This document shows, one piece after another, positions 22,117-34,509 of a stretch of 64,000 nt of DNA. The DNA comes from Neoconidiobolus thromboides FSU 785 (lineage: Eukaryota; Fungi; Entomophthoromycota), in NCBI GenBank assembly GCA_025603075.1, contig MU626340.1, forward strand, positions 24,963 to 88,962, read 5' to 3'. Positions within the stretch are counted from its first letter, which is position 1. Each line of letters begins with the position of its first letter. The position numbers were made by a program, and so were the translations under genes. Under the pieces are notes generated by a model. It did no database searches. It was given only the letters and a program-made list of their open reading frames with translations, and had not been told where the DNA came from.

Positions 22117-22215
22117 GAGAGTGTTTTTTTTGACTTCATTATTTTTTCCATTTTCTAAACGCCATTTAAGCGGAAAATTTGTTGGTAAAATTCTTAAATA
22201 TAAAAATACATCCCC
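22117..22215 (-). mobile_element. MITE copy 12
   Basis: ATAT-GAGAGTG...CATCCCC-ATAT. Confidence 0.9.
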
Positions 22216-23149
22216 ATATAATTAATACAATTATCAGATTTGGCGCTTCATCGCTTTTTTGTTGCCCTTAGTTTTATTTAGCCTGTATTATAACACAAAA
22301 GCGATGTCAATCAATTAATATTCTCTTGACCATCTTTTCTCTCTTTAAAACTTACAAAACAATATCAAAGGCTACAGTAAAAAGTATATCTTAGTCTAAA
22401 AAATAAAACTTATATGGTTGCTATTAATAACTCAAGTTTATATTGTGTTATTGAGTTATTTTAATATTCGTGTTTATGTAGAGGCTAAATTTCTTAATAG
22501 CTTTTTATGTAAAATGTTCTTAACAGCTTATAATAATATTAAATAAAATAATATGATCGTATTATTTTATTTGAGATATGGGTAGTTTTTTAAAGCAGGT
22601 TTTTAAATTTAATTTTACTAATAATCATCAATTAAGTGCATATATTTTGAAGATTATGGGTCATCAAAAAATTATGAAATCTCAAATTACCTGTTTAATT
22701 TAAATTTTTTTATTTAAAAGTACTGATTTATTTATAGTGTATTTTTCTGCCCTCCGATTTTAAACACATTATAGCAGCATTGTAGTTTTATCACAACTCT
22801 TTAAACTCTTGAATTACTCTTTCTTTAAAAGGTTTTTTGAAATAGATAGTAGTTTATAAAAAAATATTTCTAACAAACATTTAAAATTATAGGATTTTAT
22901 CTTTTGATTAATTTATAGTCGTAACTAATAGTGAGACATTTAAATTGCAGGATATTTAATACTCTTTTCTAAATTATTACTACTAAAATATTTTAATATA
23001 ATAAATACTGTTTTAGACACATAGTTGAATAAAGCGCTTGATATATAAACCAATATCAAAAAAGTACTATTTTTTATTGGTAAAATATTATTTAAAAATA
23101 TCTCAAAATTAATGAATAAAATGGAACTTTTTTATTTATATTTTCATAT

Positions 23150-23244
23150 AGAAGCGCTTTTTTGGTTTTATCATTTTTTCTATCTTTTAAATGCTACTTA
23201 GTGGAGAGGTATTGTTAGTAAAATTCTTGAAAAAACACATTGCC
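23150..23244 (-). mobile_element. MITE copy 13 (diverged)
   Basis: Reverse-orientation core; abuts copy 14 across a shared ATAT at 23245-23248. Confidence 0.7.
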
Positions 23245-23248
23245 ATAT

Positions 23249-23345
23249 GGGGATGTATTTTTGTGTTTAAGAATTTTACTACAATCTTTCTACTCAAATA
23301 GCGTTTAAAAAATGGAAAAGCAACAAAATCAAAAAAAACACCCCT
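23249..23345 (+). mobile_element. MITE copy 14
   Basis: ATAT-GGGGATG...CACCCCT-ATAT. Confidence 0.85.
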
Positions 23346-23632
23346 ATATTTTAATTTTAAAATATATAGAGCTTTTATCATATTATCTTTACTCACAATT
23401 CACATACTTTTACAAAAATATTTAACAATTTGTAATGAAAATTTTGTCATTTGATTGAAAAAAATTTATGCAATTTTATGTAAACTCAAGGTTTAGCAGC
23501 ACTATTTAAGAATCTGGAATAGCATTATATTAATTGACAAAGTTTTATTATTTCAAATTAAAAAATACTAATTGAATTAAAGATTACTACTAAACATTTG
23601 AGAATCAATGATATTATATCTCATTAGTACAT

Positions 23633-23729
23633 GGGGATGTTTTTTTGGTTTCATGATTTTTCCATTTTTTAAGCACTATTTGAGTGGAGAGGTCATTAGT
23701 AAAATTTTTGAACAAAAAAATACATCCCC
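23633..23729 (-). mobile_element. MITE copy 15
   Basis: GGGGATG...CATCCCC with reverse-orientation core. Confidence 0.8.
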
Positions 23730-24558
23730 ACCATTTAATAAAAAATAAAATTTAATCATAAAACTTAATTTCAGCTTTATTAATATATAATGATTCTTCA
23801 TCAAAAATTTGTTTTATTGGATGAATTACTATATTTAAATACCTTTACAAGTTTAGTTAGCAAAATTTCTAAGTCAGAAAGTTTGGAATAATAGTATTTT
23901 CAAATAAGAGAAATTTGAGTTATCCAATATTTTTAGATAAAAAGATATCATTAAATTTAATTGAATTTTTTATATCTATAAAAATATAGAGTTTTTTTCA
24001 AGCAAATAGCAAAGCTTTTATTTTAAAATGTTTTTTTTCCAAAAGTGCATAAATTATAAGTGAAAATAGAGTATTGATCTCTTTAGAATAAACTTTATAA
24101 TTTTGATATTATAAAATAACTATTATTCAAGATAAAAGTCTTGATTTGAATTGAACAAGCTAATATTGCCTAATATTTCATACATACTAAAAGTATTTTA
24201 TACAATCATTTTGTAATTCTTTCATGTTTATATTTTTTTTGTTGTCTATTTATTAATAATTTAAAAAATAATTTAACATTTATGTCTAATAAATTCTATA
24301 AATTATTTGTAATTATAGCTTTTTTAAATAATCAAAGTAAATGATTTCAGTTTATTTTCACAACTATAGGTAGACATACTTCAAAAAAATCTTACTTTTT
24401 AGTATAACAATTTATATTATGAGTTATCACAGGCTTATAATGTATTTCACATTTGTTGTAAATACTATTATTCAAACAAAACAAATTAATTTTATGGATG
24501 AATATAAACTAATCATATACAGCTATTTAATCATATAGTATTTATATTTTATTTTTGA

Positions 24559-26184
24559 TTAAATTAATTCAAAATATCTTTTAGTTTCCCAATCTGTCAC
24601 AGCACCTTCAAAAAGATCAATTTCATGTCTGCAAACAAGAGAATAATGGTCAATTAAGTCATCACCTAACGCTTTTCTAGCAAATGAATCCTTTGCGTTC
24701 ATTAATTCATGTGCCTCCTTTAAGCTTTTTGGTAATTTTTCACCAGGGTAATCATTTAAACTTTGTCCTTCTTTCAATGGTGGTAGCGGGTTTGCTAGCT
24801 TGTTTTTTATTGCATAGCTTCCAGAAGCTAAAATTGCTGCAATAGCTAATGAGGCATTGATATCAGATCCAGAAACTCTCTATAAAATTTAAAATTTACT
24901 CTAATATTTGTTAAATTGAGTTACTATTTCAATACGAGTAGCCTCTTTAGAGCACGTTGGAGGGGCAATAACTCTTATAGAAGCTAATCGGTTATCATAT
25001 CCCCAAGCAACCCTTACTGGGGCCCAATAATTCTCATTTAATCTTTTGTAGCTAATAAACTAATGAATAAACTAATAAGCAAATAAGGTTAAAAAGTACC
25101 TGTTGATAGTAGGAGCCAAAAAAGGCATAATTGAAGGTAATGCCAAGACTAAACCAGCAATAAAATGATCTAGTGTCTTTGATGTATTTTTTCCTTCATC
25201 ACTGAACATATTATTTGTATCCTGAAGATCTTTAAGTGAAAGATGAATGTGTCCGGAACATCCTGGTAAATCGCTCTTAGGTTTAGCCATAAATGATGCC
25301 ATGATATTATGTTTTAGCCCTATTTGTTTCACTGCAGTTTTGAATAATACTGCATTATCAGCCATTTTTAATGCTGGGCAGTAAGCTAATGCTGCTTCAT
25401 ATACACCAGGACCTGGTAACATTTAGTTTGTATATATTGAAGAAAAAACAACTAACCTGTTTCAGTATGGAGGCCTTCAATATCTATATCAATTTTTTTA
25501 CATTGATCAAAAATGTCGTTAAAGTAATCATTTTTTAAATTGGTACGTAACAATGAATATCCGAAATAGCCTGGGGTAAGGAATTTAGGGGTAGAAGGGT
25601 GCTCAGATAAACTCTGGGGAGTTTCTACCTTTTATGAATTAAAGAAAAGAAAATGAAATAAATTGTTACCATCGTAGTTGAACCATTCATACTCTACTCC
25701 ACAGTAAGGGTTAAATCCCAATGAATTTAAATTACTAATCACTTGCTTCAATACGTTTCTAGGGCAAACAGGTAAGATTTTACCCTCTTCAATAAAGAAA
25801 TCTACTAAAAAGAAGGGGATATCGTCTTCCCATGGGATCCTACGAAAGGATGTGATGTCAATTTTAGCGAGAAGGTCCGAATAACCATTTTCAGTACTAG
25901 AATATTTGCTAGGTTGAAAATAATTTTGGTCGTGCAAGTCCCAACCGAATATTACTGAACAGAAGCCAAATGAGTTATGTTTTACACTGCTAAGAAACTT
26001 TTCTTTGCTAATCACTTTTCCTCTTAATACTCCATTAATATCAATACCAGCGACTTTCACCTGATATATTAAGTATAGCTTAAAATAATGGTATTAAAAA
26101 TAAAGTTACCTTGTTATCATCTTTAAGCTCGTCCTTTAACTTCTCGATAGTTACTGATTCTTCTTTATAGTCTCTGGTTGGCAT
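24559..26184 (-). CDS. Type I glutamine-synthetase-like protein (gamma-glutamyl ligase family)
   Basis: Multi-exon; VAGIDINGVLRGKVIS, GVEYEWF, HTETGPGVYE, FMAKPKSDLPGCSGHIH and VTDWETKRYFELI. Start inferred at ATG 26184 (MPTRDY...). Confidence 0.9.
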
Positions 26185-27801
26185 ATTTATTTTGTTTTTG
26201 TAATCTTTCATTAGTTAATTGGAAACGTTGTCTTATATATACTTTCCTATAATGCCACATGATTTTCAATTATGTCATTTTGTCATTTGTAATATAAGGG
26301 ATGATATAATAGCCAATAAAGTTGATTAGAGTATAATTTATGTAACCAGTTTTAGCTATTCTTATCTTTTCCATCAATTATGGATTAATTTTTATGGCAG
26401 CTTTTGTATGTAACTGATTTTATCTATAAAAAATAGTTATAAAGTATCATAACTAAATACGAAAACCCGAGTTACAGAGGAAGTTATGCTAAAATAATTT
26501 TAAAGGCTGAGTTATAATAATGTAAGTTAGTTTAAAATATATATATGCATCATATAAATCCTTCCCCTATTTATTCTACAAAATAGCATAATGACTTGAT
26601 ATAAATTATTAAGAAGGTTCTAAATTTCAGATGCTATTCATTAAAAATTAAGATTTTTACTAATTTATGGTTATAAAGTAATACTAAATAAAAATAAAAA
26701 TATACAAAGTATCATGTATTTAATACATCTAGCATGCTTTTAATGGTTTATTATATATCTCATAGTCTATAAATTATGTACATTAGATCGAATTTAGCTA
26801 TAAGACAATAAAACTACAGGTTTCTTTAAAAAATCTTGATGTAGTATAGTAATAAAAATTGAAAGAATATCATGACAAGCATATATTGAATAACCAAATA
26901 GGCATTAATAATAAATGCTTTTACCATTTGGGTAAAAAATCCCAAAAAAATTCTACTCCAAACAAAAAGGAATTTTTGACAAAGAAAATCGAATTGAAAC
27001 ATAATCCTTTGTTTAGCTGGTATATATGATATACATATTCGAATTTGTCGATGGTTAGGAATCGTTTTTTAATATATCTCAATGTATGTAAAAAAGCACA
27101 AAAACAAAAAAATAAAATGATCATAACTCCTCTTTATGTTCCTACCTCAGGAAAGAAAATAGTACGATGGAATACACTTTTACTACTAATTTTAATAAAT
27201 CAGCACTTCAATAATAATTGCTATTGGCTTTATTCAGATATCCTCAGTGCTACAACAACTGATTTTCCAAGATTTTTCAGGTTGAGATATTCAAAATTCA
27301 ATAATTCTTCCGATTCCTTTGTTTCTCCGTATTGATTTGAGCTTTTTAAAGTATAGATATACATATGCGTATCTATCTTTGTTGGCATATAAAATTTCAA
27401 TTCCTACTTTACGAATTAGAAATCTGGTTTTCATAAAGATGTCAAATAAAATTTTATGCGTTTTGAAGCTGTAGAGCTCTTGAGTTAAATTCATTTCCAG
27501 CAGCTTAATAATCTCTTGATTTTTTACTTTATCTTTACCTGTTTAATTCTTAGCTTTATATCCATGGTGAGGGGATAAATTGCAGTCATAAATAGCTTTT
27601 ACCAAAAAGTAATTTTTATTTTAAACTAATGAATACATTTATTGTAGCAATTAATACGTCTTTAGTCTTTTTCTAAAAAAATAAGCTTATGGAGATATCT
27701 AATAAAAATGACAAGGGTTGTATTTGAAAAAGTTCTACTTAAAAGCAGCAAATTGGTTGATAGAATCGTAGTCTGATCCAAGCCTAGCATATGATATATG
27801 T

Positions 27802-27892
27802 GGGGACGCCCTTTTTTGTTTTAAGATTACTATACTTTTTCCACTTAATAGTGTTCAAAAATAGAAAAAACGATCAAATCAAAAGAGGTCCC
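27802..27892 (+). mobile_element. MITE copy 16 (diverged)
   Basis: GGGGACG...GGTCCC-ATAT with recognisable core. Confidence 0.65.
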
Positions 27893-28479
27893 ATATATGC
27901 TCTGTGAATTTCTTATTTGTACTATTTATAAATTCAGAATATTCGCTCCCTTTTGATTTAATAAATAGATCCATTATCTTAATATAAATGGACCTTCACC
28001 CTAAATGATTGTTTAAACTGTTTAATAATAATATTTTAAAGCTTTTTAGCTTATAAAAGAGCTTTGGTATAAAGTTTATGATTTCAGGTTAATTAAGTTA
28101 AATATGACACCCTTTTTACTTTTAGCAAAAAGATCTAAATTTATTGAACAATTGGATTAAATTAGAGTTATATTTTGATCATTTTTGAATGCTTACGCTT
28201 ACATCTTAGGAGTGTTATTTTGTGAGATAATTTAATCACAATATTACAATTAGGAGTATAATATTTTTGTGGTTTTCGGAACAAGTATTAATAGAGACAA
28301 AGCAATCCATAAAATTAGTCCTATTTATATAAATCCTAAGTTTGTAGAAAATAAAGGTTTATAAAAGCTAAACTATTGATAAAGAATAGTAAAAGAGGGG
28401 TGTTGAGACACAAATTAGAAAAAGGATAAAACCAAAGAAAAAAGTCAAAGATAATAGCAACTATACTCCTGCTTGCCAC

Positions 28480-29640
28480 TCCGGTAGATTTATTCATTTT
28501 AAGCTTTTAAAAAAGCCTGGAAAATTAGCTTATTTGCCATCAAGAGATTTATTTTATGTTTCCAAATCTATATTTTTAATAGTATCAAAAGACACTAAGA
28601 TTGAAATCCTCAACGGTGATTTATCAAGGTAGTATAAAGCTCAATCGTAATATACAGGCGGATCATGGGTAATTTTAGTCTCATGTTCAAAAACAGCAAA
28701 GATGCTTTGTAATGATATTATTAACTTTCCTAAATAAATGCCTGTAGAAGCATTTCCTAATACTATATTTGCCAAATTCATGGGTATCAATCTAGTATTT
28801 TCTAATCATGAGGTACGGAAATGTCACCATGAAGTGTTAAATCCAATTTTGATGAATAGTCTTCAACTCAAATATTTACTGAAGCTATTGAAGGTTTTTT
28901 GAAGTAGCTGAAAAAATGAATGGAAAGGATATTGATGCTTATAAACACATGTAGAGGATCACTATGGATGACTTAGGTGGAGGTATTATATGTATAGATT
29001 TTAATTTCGTTGAAAATAATTGTGTTAAGTCTACTGATGCTTATAATTATATACAAAATGATTCACTCAAAGCTTTTTAATTGTTTTTTCCCTTTCTTGA
29101 AGACTCTTGGAATCCGTTTCATAAACCAGCTTATAATCAGTTAATACTCCTTGAAAGTTACTTTAACTCAATTTTGAAAGAAAAGAGACTTAATTTGGCT
29201 AATAATCAATGTAAAAGTGAAGCTGATGAAGACATTTTAACTTTGATGATAAAAGCTAGTATGGAAGAAGATGTCCGATCCATTGAAAAAGGAATTCATG
29301 GCAATATTGTAATATCTCTACTAGGTGACCATGGTACTACTGCTTTTCCATTGTCTGCTACTCTACATTTCTTGGCTCAAAATTCATATATTCAAGAAAA
29401 ATTACATAAAGAATGAAAGTGATGAGTATCAATGAATACAATAATAAAATAATATATGATGTAATTATTCCAACTGTTGAATAAATCAAAGGGATACACT
29501 ATATGCTGTAATGAAGAAAACAACGAGGCTATATCCATCAGTAAATAGGTTACCAGCTCGAGCTAGTAAAAAATAAGTTGAAATGAATAGATTTAGTATT
29601 CCGCTAAACAGTGCCATCAAAATTCATATATATTTAACCC
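28480..29640 (+). pseudogene. Cytochrome P450 pseudogene
   Basis: Fragments GGSWVILVS...FPK*MPVEAFPNTIFAKFMGINLVFSN, DILTLMIKA, I-helix-like LLGDHGTTAFPLSATLHFLAQN and K-helix-like EEKTTRLYPSV, broken by stops and frameshifts; no heme-binding FxxGxxxC found. Confidence 0.75.
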
Positions 29641-31450
29641 ATTGTGGTTCAGATAATCAGAAATATCTTAATGTTTTTGGCCAGATAGATTTACGAATGA
29701 TAATAGAATTGACCCTTGTCTTTGAATGCCATTTGATACAGGAACAAGATTGTGTATTAGAATAAAATTATTAATATTGGAGCAAAAATCAACATTATCT
29801 GTTACACTTTCTAGGTATCACATATCATACGATAAAGATGCTCATCAGTCCAAAGGTACTTCTTTTAGCCTTGTGGTAGCTTCTCGCTTCTAGCAGAGAA
29901 TCACAAACTAAACTTTAAGCCTTTTCTATGGTACTGTAGTAAAGTTCCAGTTAAATCTATCTAATTTTAATCAAACTTTTCTCTATACTATACTTTTGTT
30001 AAAGGTTTACTATAGTAAACATAAAATTTTTTAGGCAAGCCCTTAGGGATGCCTACTAATATAGTAAACAACCTAAGGCATGAAAATTATACGAAATTGT
30101 TTATACTAAAACGATGATATTTTAGAATTTACAATATAATTAATATATATAGCTGGTGTTTTTTATTATCGTGTCAATATCCATGCTAATTAAAATAATT
30201 TAACCACCGTAAAAGCGAAATTGATCGACATCAAAAGAGATGATTTGAATTTCCCTAAGAAGAACTTTTATACGCTTTAGTACTTGTCTTATTAAAATAA
30301 GTTTCCAACGCTTTAAATCTCAAGTTTTCTCTAATATAGCTTTGTTACTCTACTCATCCTACACACGGTACCTTTCTTCATTGGAAACTAAATGACAATA
30401 GAGATTTTATTATCAATAAGTTTCTTTAAAATGGTTTAGAGAGTTTTTTGGTGTCTTTATAATTTAAAGCTTTATAAATACAAAACATTTCTTGAATATT
30501 GATCATAGAACTTAGATTAATGCGATGTATTTCATAACCCCTCTCCAGCCTTTGCAACCTATAGAGTGTTCTGAATTTAACTATCATTCAGTCAATATTA
30601 AACAACTGCATATTAGACTATATTTATTCTAACATTTTGGTTAGGTTGGTACTTATGCCAATAATAAGTCAACATAGCTACTAAATAGGCTTTGGCACTT
30701 TTAGAACATTTGTTTTTTTGGAAAGAATTATTACTATATATATGATATTGCTCAATTATGTAAAAGTTGAAAATATTTAGAAACAAACTAAAGCATTACC
30801 TAACAAGTTGAAAAAAATTCACCTATAAAAGACTTATCGTTTGCTATACTTAAAGGAAAGGAAATGAACGACATTGCGATTTTAAAAAACCGTATTGGAT
30901 ATTAGTACAAAAGGATGTTTTATGCTTTTCATGGTGTGAAGATCATGAGAGCAATTATTCATGTATGAAAATTAAGCATTTTTGACAAGCATTTTTAATA
31001 GGAGTTTATGAAAGCTTAACTGCTGAATAACAGGTCTGCAAAAAATCGAAAAAATCTCTTTGTATCGACTATGAGGCTTTAGCTCAATGTTTCTACTTAA
31101 GCTTTTGACTATAATAATCCATAAATTTTGCTAATTTATATAATTTATCAAAACCATTCTATTTACCTTTTCTCATTAATATATTTTATTTTCCTGTTAT
31201 CTTTGTTCAAAGTAAATACGAAAGCAGCGTGCAGTATCACAAAATGTTAAACTCGTACTAAAATAGTAATTCATTGGTCATTTACTATAATTTTTGCATA
31301 GAAAGTATACTTAGCTATGAATAATATTAAATGACAAATTTAGTGCTAATTTTTCCCCTTATTGTTATAAGCAAAGATACAAAACTAGTCTGCTAAATCA
31401 AAAATTAGATAGCGCAGTAGAACTAAAAGTATAGAAAGATTAAAAAGATA

Positions 31451-31897
31451 ATGAAGATATGTGTTTCAATCAAAGATTATTGGAAATATTTACTCATAGG
31501 CCTAGTAATTATAGTACTTGGGCCCGCTCTTTGTATGTGCCTAAAAGATACGGTTTTAGAGTTAGTAAAAGTGGTACATAGGAAGAATCCTAACAATAAA
31601 AGGAATAGTACACATGAAGATATTAGCATAAAAAACTATATTGAGGAAATCAATACTGTAATGAATTATGGAAACCAGGATTCAAATAGGCTAGATAGCG
31701 GAAGAGAGACAAATGCCATAGTGACTGGGACTTACAGAAATCCACACTTTGAAGCAAATAATAGCCAAAGGATATTAAGAAAAACATCAATAAAAAACGG
31801 TCCGGTGATGAATATGAGAAATTTTAATATTAGTCCTAGAAAAAGTAATAAGATTTTAAAAGGAAGCAATAACAATATATGGAGGATGTATTTTTAA
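31451..31897 (+). CDS. Hypothetical protein with single N-terminal TM helix
   Basis: 148-aa ORF with hydrophobic YLLIGLVIIVLGPALCMCL; the stop codon comes from a MITE; no family recognised. Confidence 0.35.
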   Translation: MKICVSIKDYWKYLLIGLVIIVLGPALCMCLKDTVLELVKVVHRKNPNNKRNSTHEDISIKNYIEEINTVMNYGNQDSNRLDSGRETNAIVTGTYRNPHFEANNSQRILRKTSIKNGPVMNMRNFNISPRKSNKILKGSNNNIWRMYF

Positions 31898-31970
31898 AGA
31901 ATTTTACTAACAATTATTCTACTTAAATAGCGCTTGAAAATGGAAAAAGTAATGAAATAAAAAAAACACC
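31881..31970 (+). mobile_element. MITE copy 17
   Basis: ATAT-GGAGGATG...AAAACACC; overlaps the 3' end of ORF 31451-31897. Confidence 0.75.
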
Positions 31971-32370
31971 ATTATAGATTTCAATGAAAGCTACATAATC
32001 TAAAAAGAGTATGTAACAATAAATTCAGAATTCCTTTATTATGAAATTGAACTAATTAATTTTCATTGTACTTTGAAAATTCATTTGGGTATACTGGAAA
32101 GTGTATAGATAAACTCAATAGTAAATTGTTAATAAAAGAGATTAGAGGCACTAAATGATTTATACAGAATCTCATATCTTGTTAAACAATAAATTCTATG
32201 GAATGATGCTTGATATTGAACTTTATCCAAATGCTTTTATTTGTATCTTTGAAGCAGAGGACATTATTGACTATTTTTATGACATGAAATTGAAGCATAC
32301 AACTTTCGCTTACAATGACAATGGCTTATGTTACTATAGTTTGAACCTAGTACCATATATCTAACTATAT

Positions 32371-32465
32371 GAAGATGTATTTTTACGTTTAAGAATTTTA
32401 GTGGTAGTTTTTCTACTTAAATAGCGCTTAAAAAAGGAAGAAATGATGAAGCCAAAAGCATTCGC
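32371..32465 (+). mobile_element. MITE copy 18 (diverged)
   Basis: ATAT-GAAGATG...CATTCGC-ATAT. Confidence 0.7.
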
Positions 32466-34509
32466 ATATATTGCTCCAGTGATATTCTACTTAAATATAA
32501 TTTTGGCAGCAAGACTTTTCTTTATCGTAGGACTGATCAGTTTCAACCTGGCTCAAATTACACATATATCTGGGAACCCCCTTTAATATATTAATTTAGG
32601 TAATTGTTGGTATCCATATTATACATTTATAATTAGATTTATTAACAAATTGCATAATCGCTCTGGCTATTAATTATATTACAAAATACCTAACTTAAAT
32701 ATAATAAGCAAACATTAATACTTAAATTCATTAAAAGTAGCTATTCTAAAATTCTACAATATTACATAGCCGTATTATTCCTATGTCTTTTTTTATCCGA
32801 AAATAGTTCTATACTATTGTTAAAACTTAAAAGAAGTTTATAGTTAATATTATCTAAAGTAAAAATTTTAAACTTAATGTTTATAGATTTCTTTAAACCA
32901 AATACTACAAAAATAAATCATGTAAAGATATTTTATTATGTTTTCAATTAAGCAGCTATAGTATAAATATTAGGAGGAGATAGTATTTCTAAATTATATT
33001 CAAACGAATTTATATCATCCTCGCCATTAATAGTATAATAAAAAATGGAATTTAGGATCTTATAATTGTACTTAGTTTAAAGAGCTAAAAGCTTCTTCAA
33101 AATTATATAAAGAAATAAAAAAATCATCATGCTTATATATTAAACAGCACTATAAGAACCAATGGCCTTAGCACATTTTTATTAAAAAATTATTAGAAAA
33201 GTACTTAAGAAAAGTATACGATTTTCGTAAATTGATGTATTTAAGAACTAAATATAAAAATTTAATATTTGATAGCTTACTTATTATATAGACATTGCTA
33301 CGAAAAAGATTGTCTAATAAATTAATTTATACCTACTACACCCTGGGGAGATTTTACTAATGCTTTTATAATTCTATACCTAGGTGTAATCAAATATAAG
33401 TAAGCTTTACTATCATGCCCAATAGTATTAATATCTGATGTCTGATGTCTGGTAATTTGCTTTCATAAAATTATATATATGCATTACATCTACTATGACT
33501 ACATGTATTATTAGCTGATTATAATTGCTATATATAGTTTAAAAAGTGATGTTTTCTAAAGCGAAATTTTAATAATGTTCAGAACCATCTACTTGCATAT
33601 TTAAATCATAATATTTAGATAATCTGATAAATATGACATTTATATTATCAATTTGGAATTAATTTATATAGTATTGCTTAAGTTTTATTAAAAGTCATAA
33701 AAACATCTAGCATTGATACAATATAGTTCTTATCTATGACTCTATTTTTTGTCTTCAATATCGTAAATTAGCGAAGTGACTCCCCAAATCTAAAATTAAC
33801 AATTTAAGAACCAATCAAATAAATTTTTGTTGCGAAAAGATTGATAGAAATTTCAAGGGTGTAATAATATTCAATAAGAAAGTGTAAAATTTGTGGGCGG
33901 AGAATTAGTCAATTTAAATATAAGACTTTATTCAATGCAAATTCTAGTAAAATGATTTCTCCGTTTTTAATTTATATTAGAATTTTGTTTTTAATAATAA
34001 TACATTTAGAATAGTAAGTGGTATACTCATTATCTCTGTTTGTTGATAAATCTAATATAAAATAAAACGCACCACAGGTTATAATTAACATCAAACAAGG
34101 AATGTTACTTATTACTCTAAAAATAATTGCTTGGTTTTGTTAAATTTGCTCTAAAAAAACAAAATGCTATTTTTATTGTTTTCCTTCAAAAAAGCATAAT
34201 TTGACACTAAATTTAGGATAGTGAATTAGCGTGAAAGTTATTTTTATTCATATTAAATTAGGGAATAGAATAAAAAAATTCGCTAAGAGTAAAAAAGAGC
34301 TGACATCATAATTAAAAAACAAAAGTGGATATAAAGATGAAATAAAATCAACAAAGTAATAAATTAATTGAAATCATATTTATTAATTTGATCATCTAAA
34401 GTCATAAAGAATGGATCGGTCGTGTCCAAGTCCAGCTAATGAAGAAACTCTAATGTTAAAAGAAAAAGGTATTTTGATTTTATCTTTTTGATTTTTAATT
34501 ATTTACATA

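Noticed and set aside
26921-27600. Short ORFs 26921-27124, 27045-27335 and 27291-27494
   Set aside because: No recognisable motifs or splice structure; consistent with AT-rich noise or very old remnants.
30200-31100. Fragments such as ISFDVD hinting at reverse transcriptase
   Set aside because: A 5-6 residue resemblance with no other RT motifs in order.
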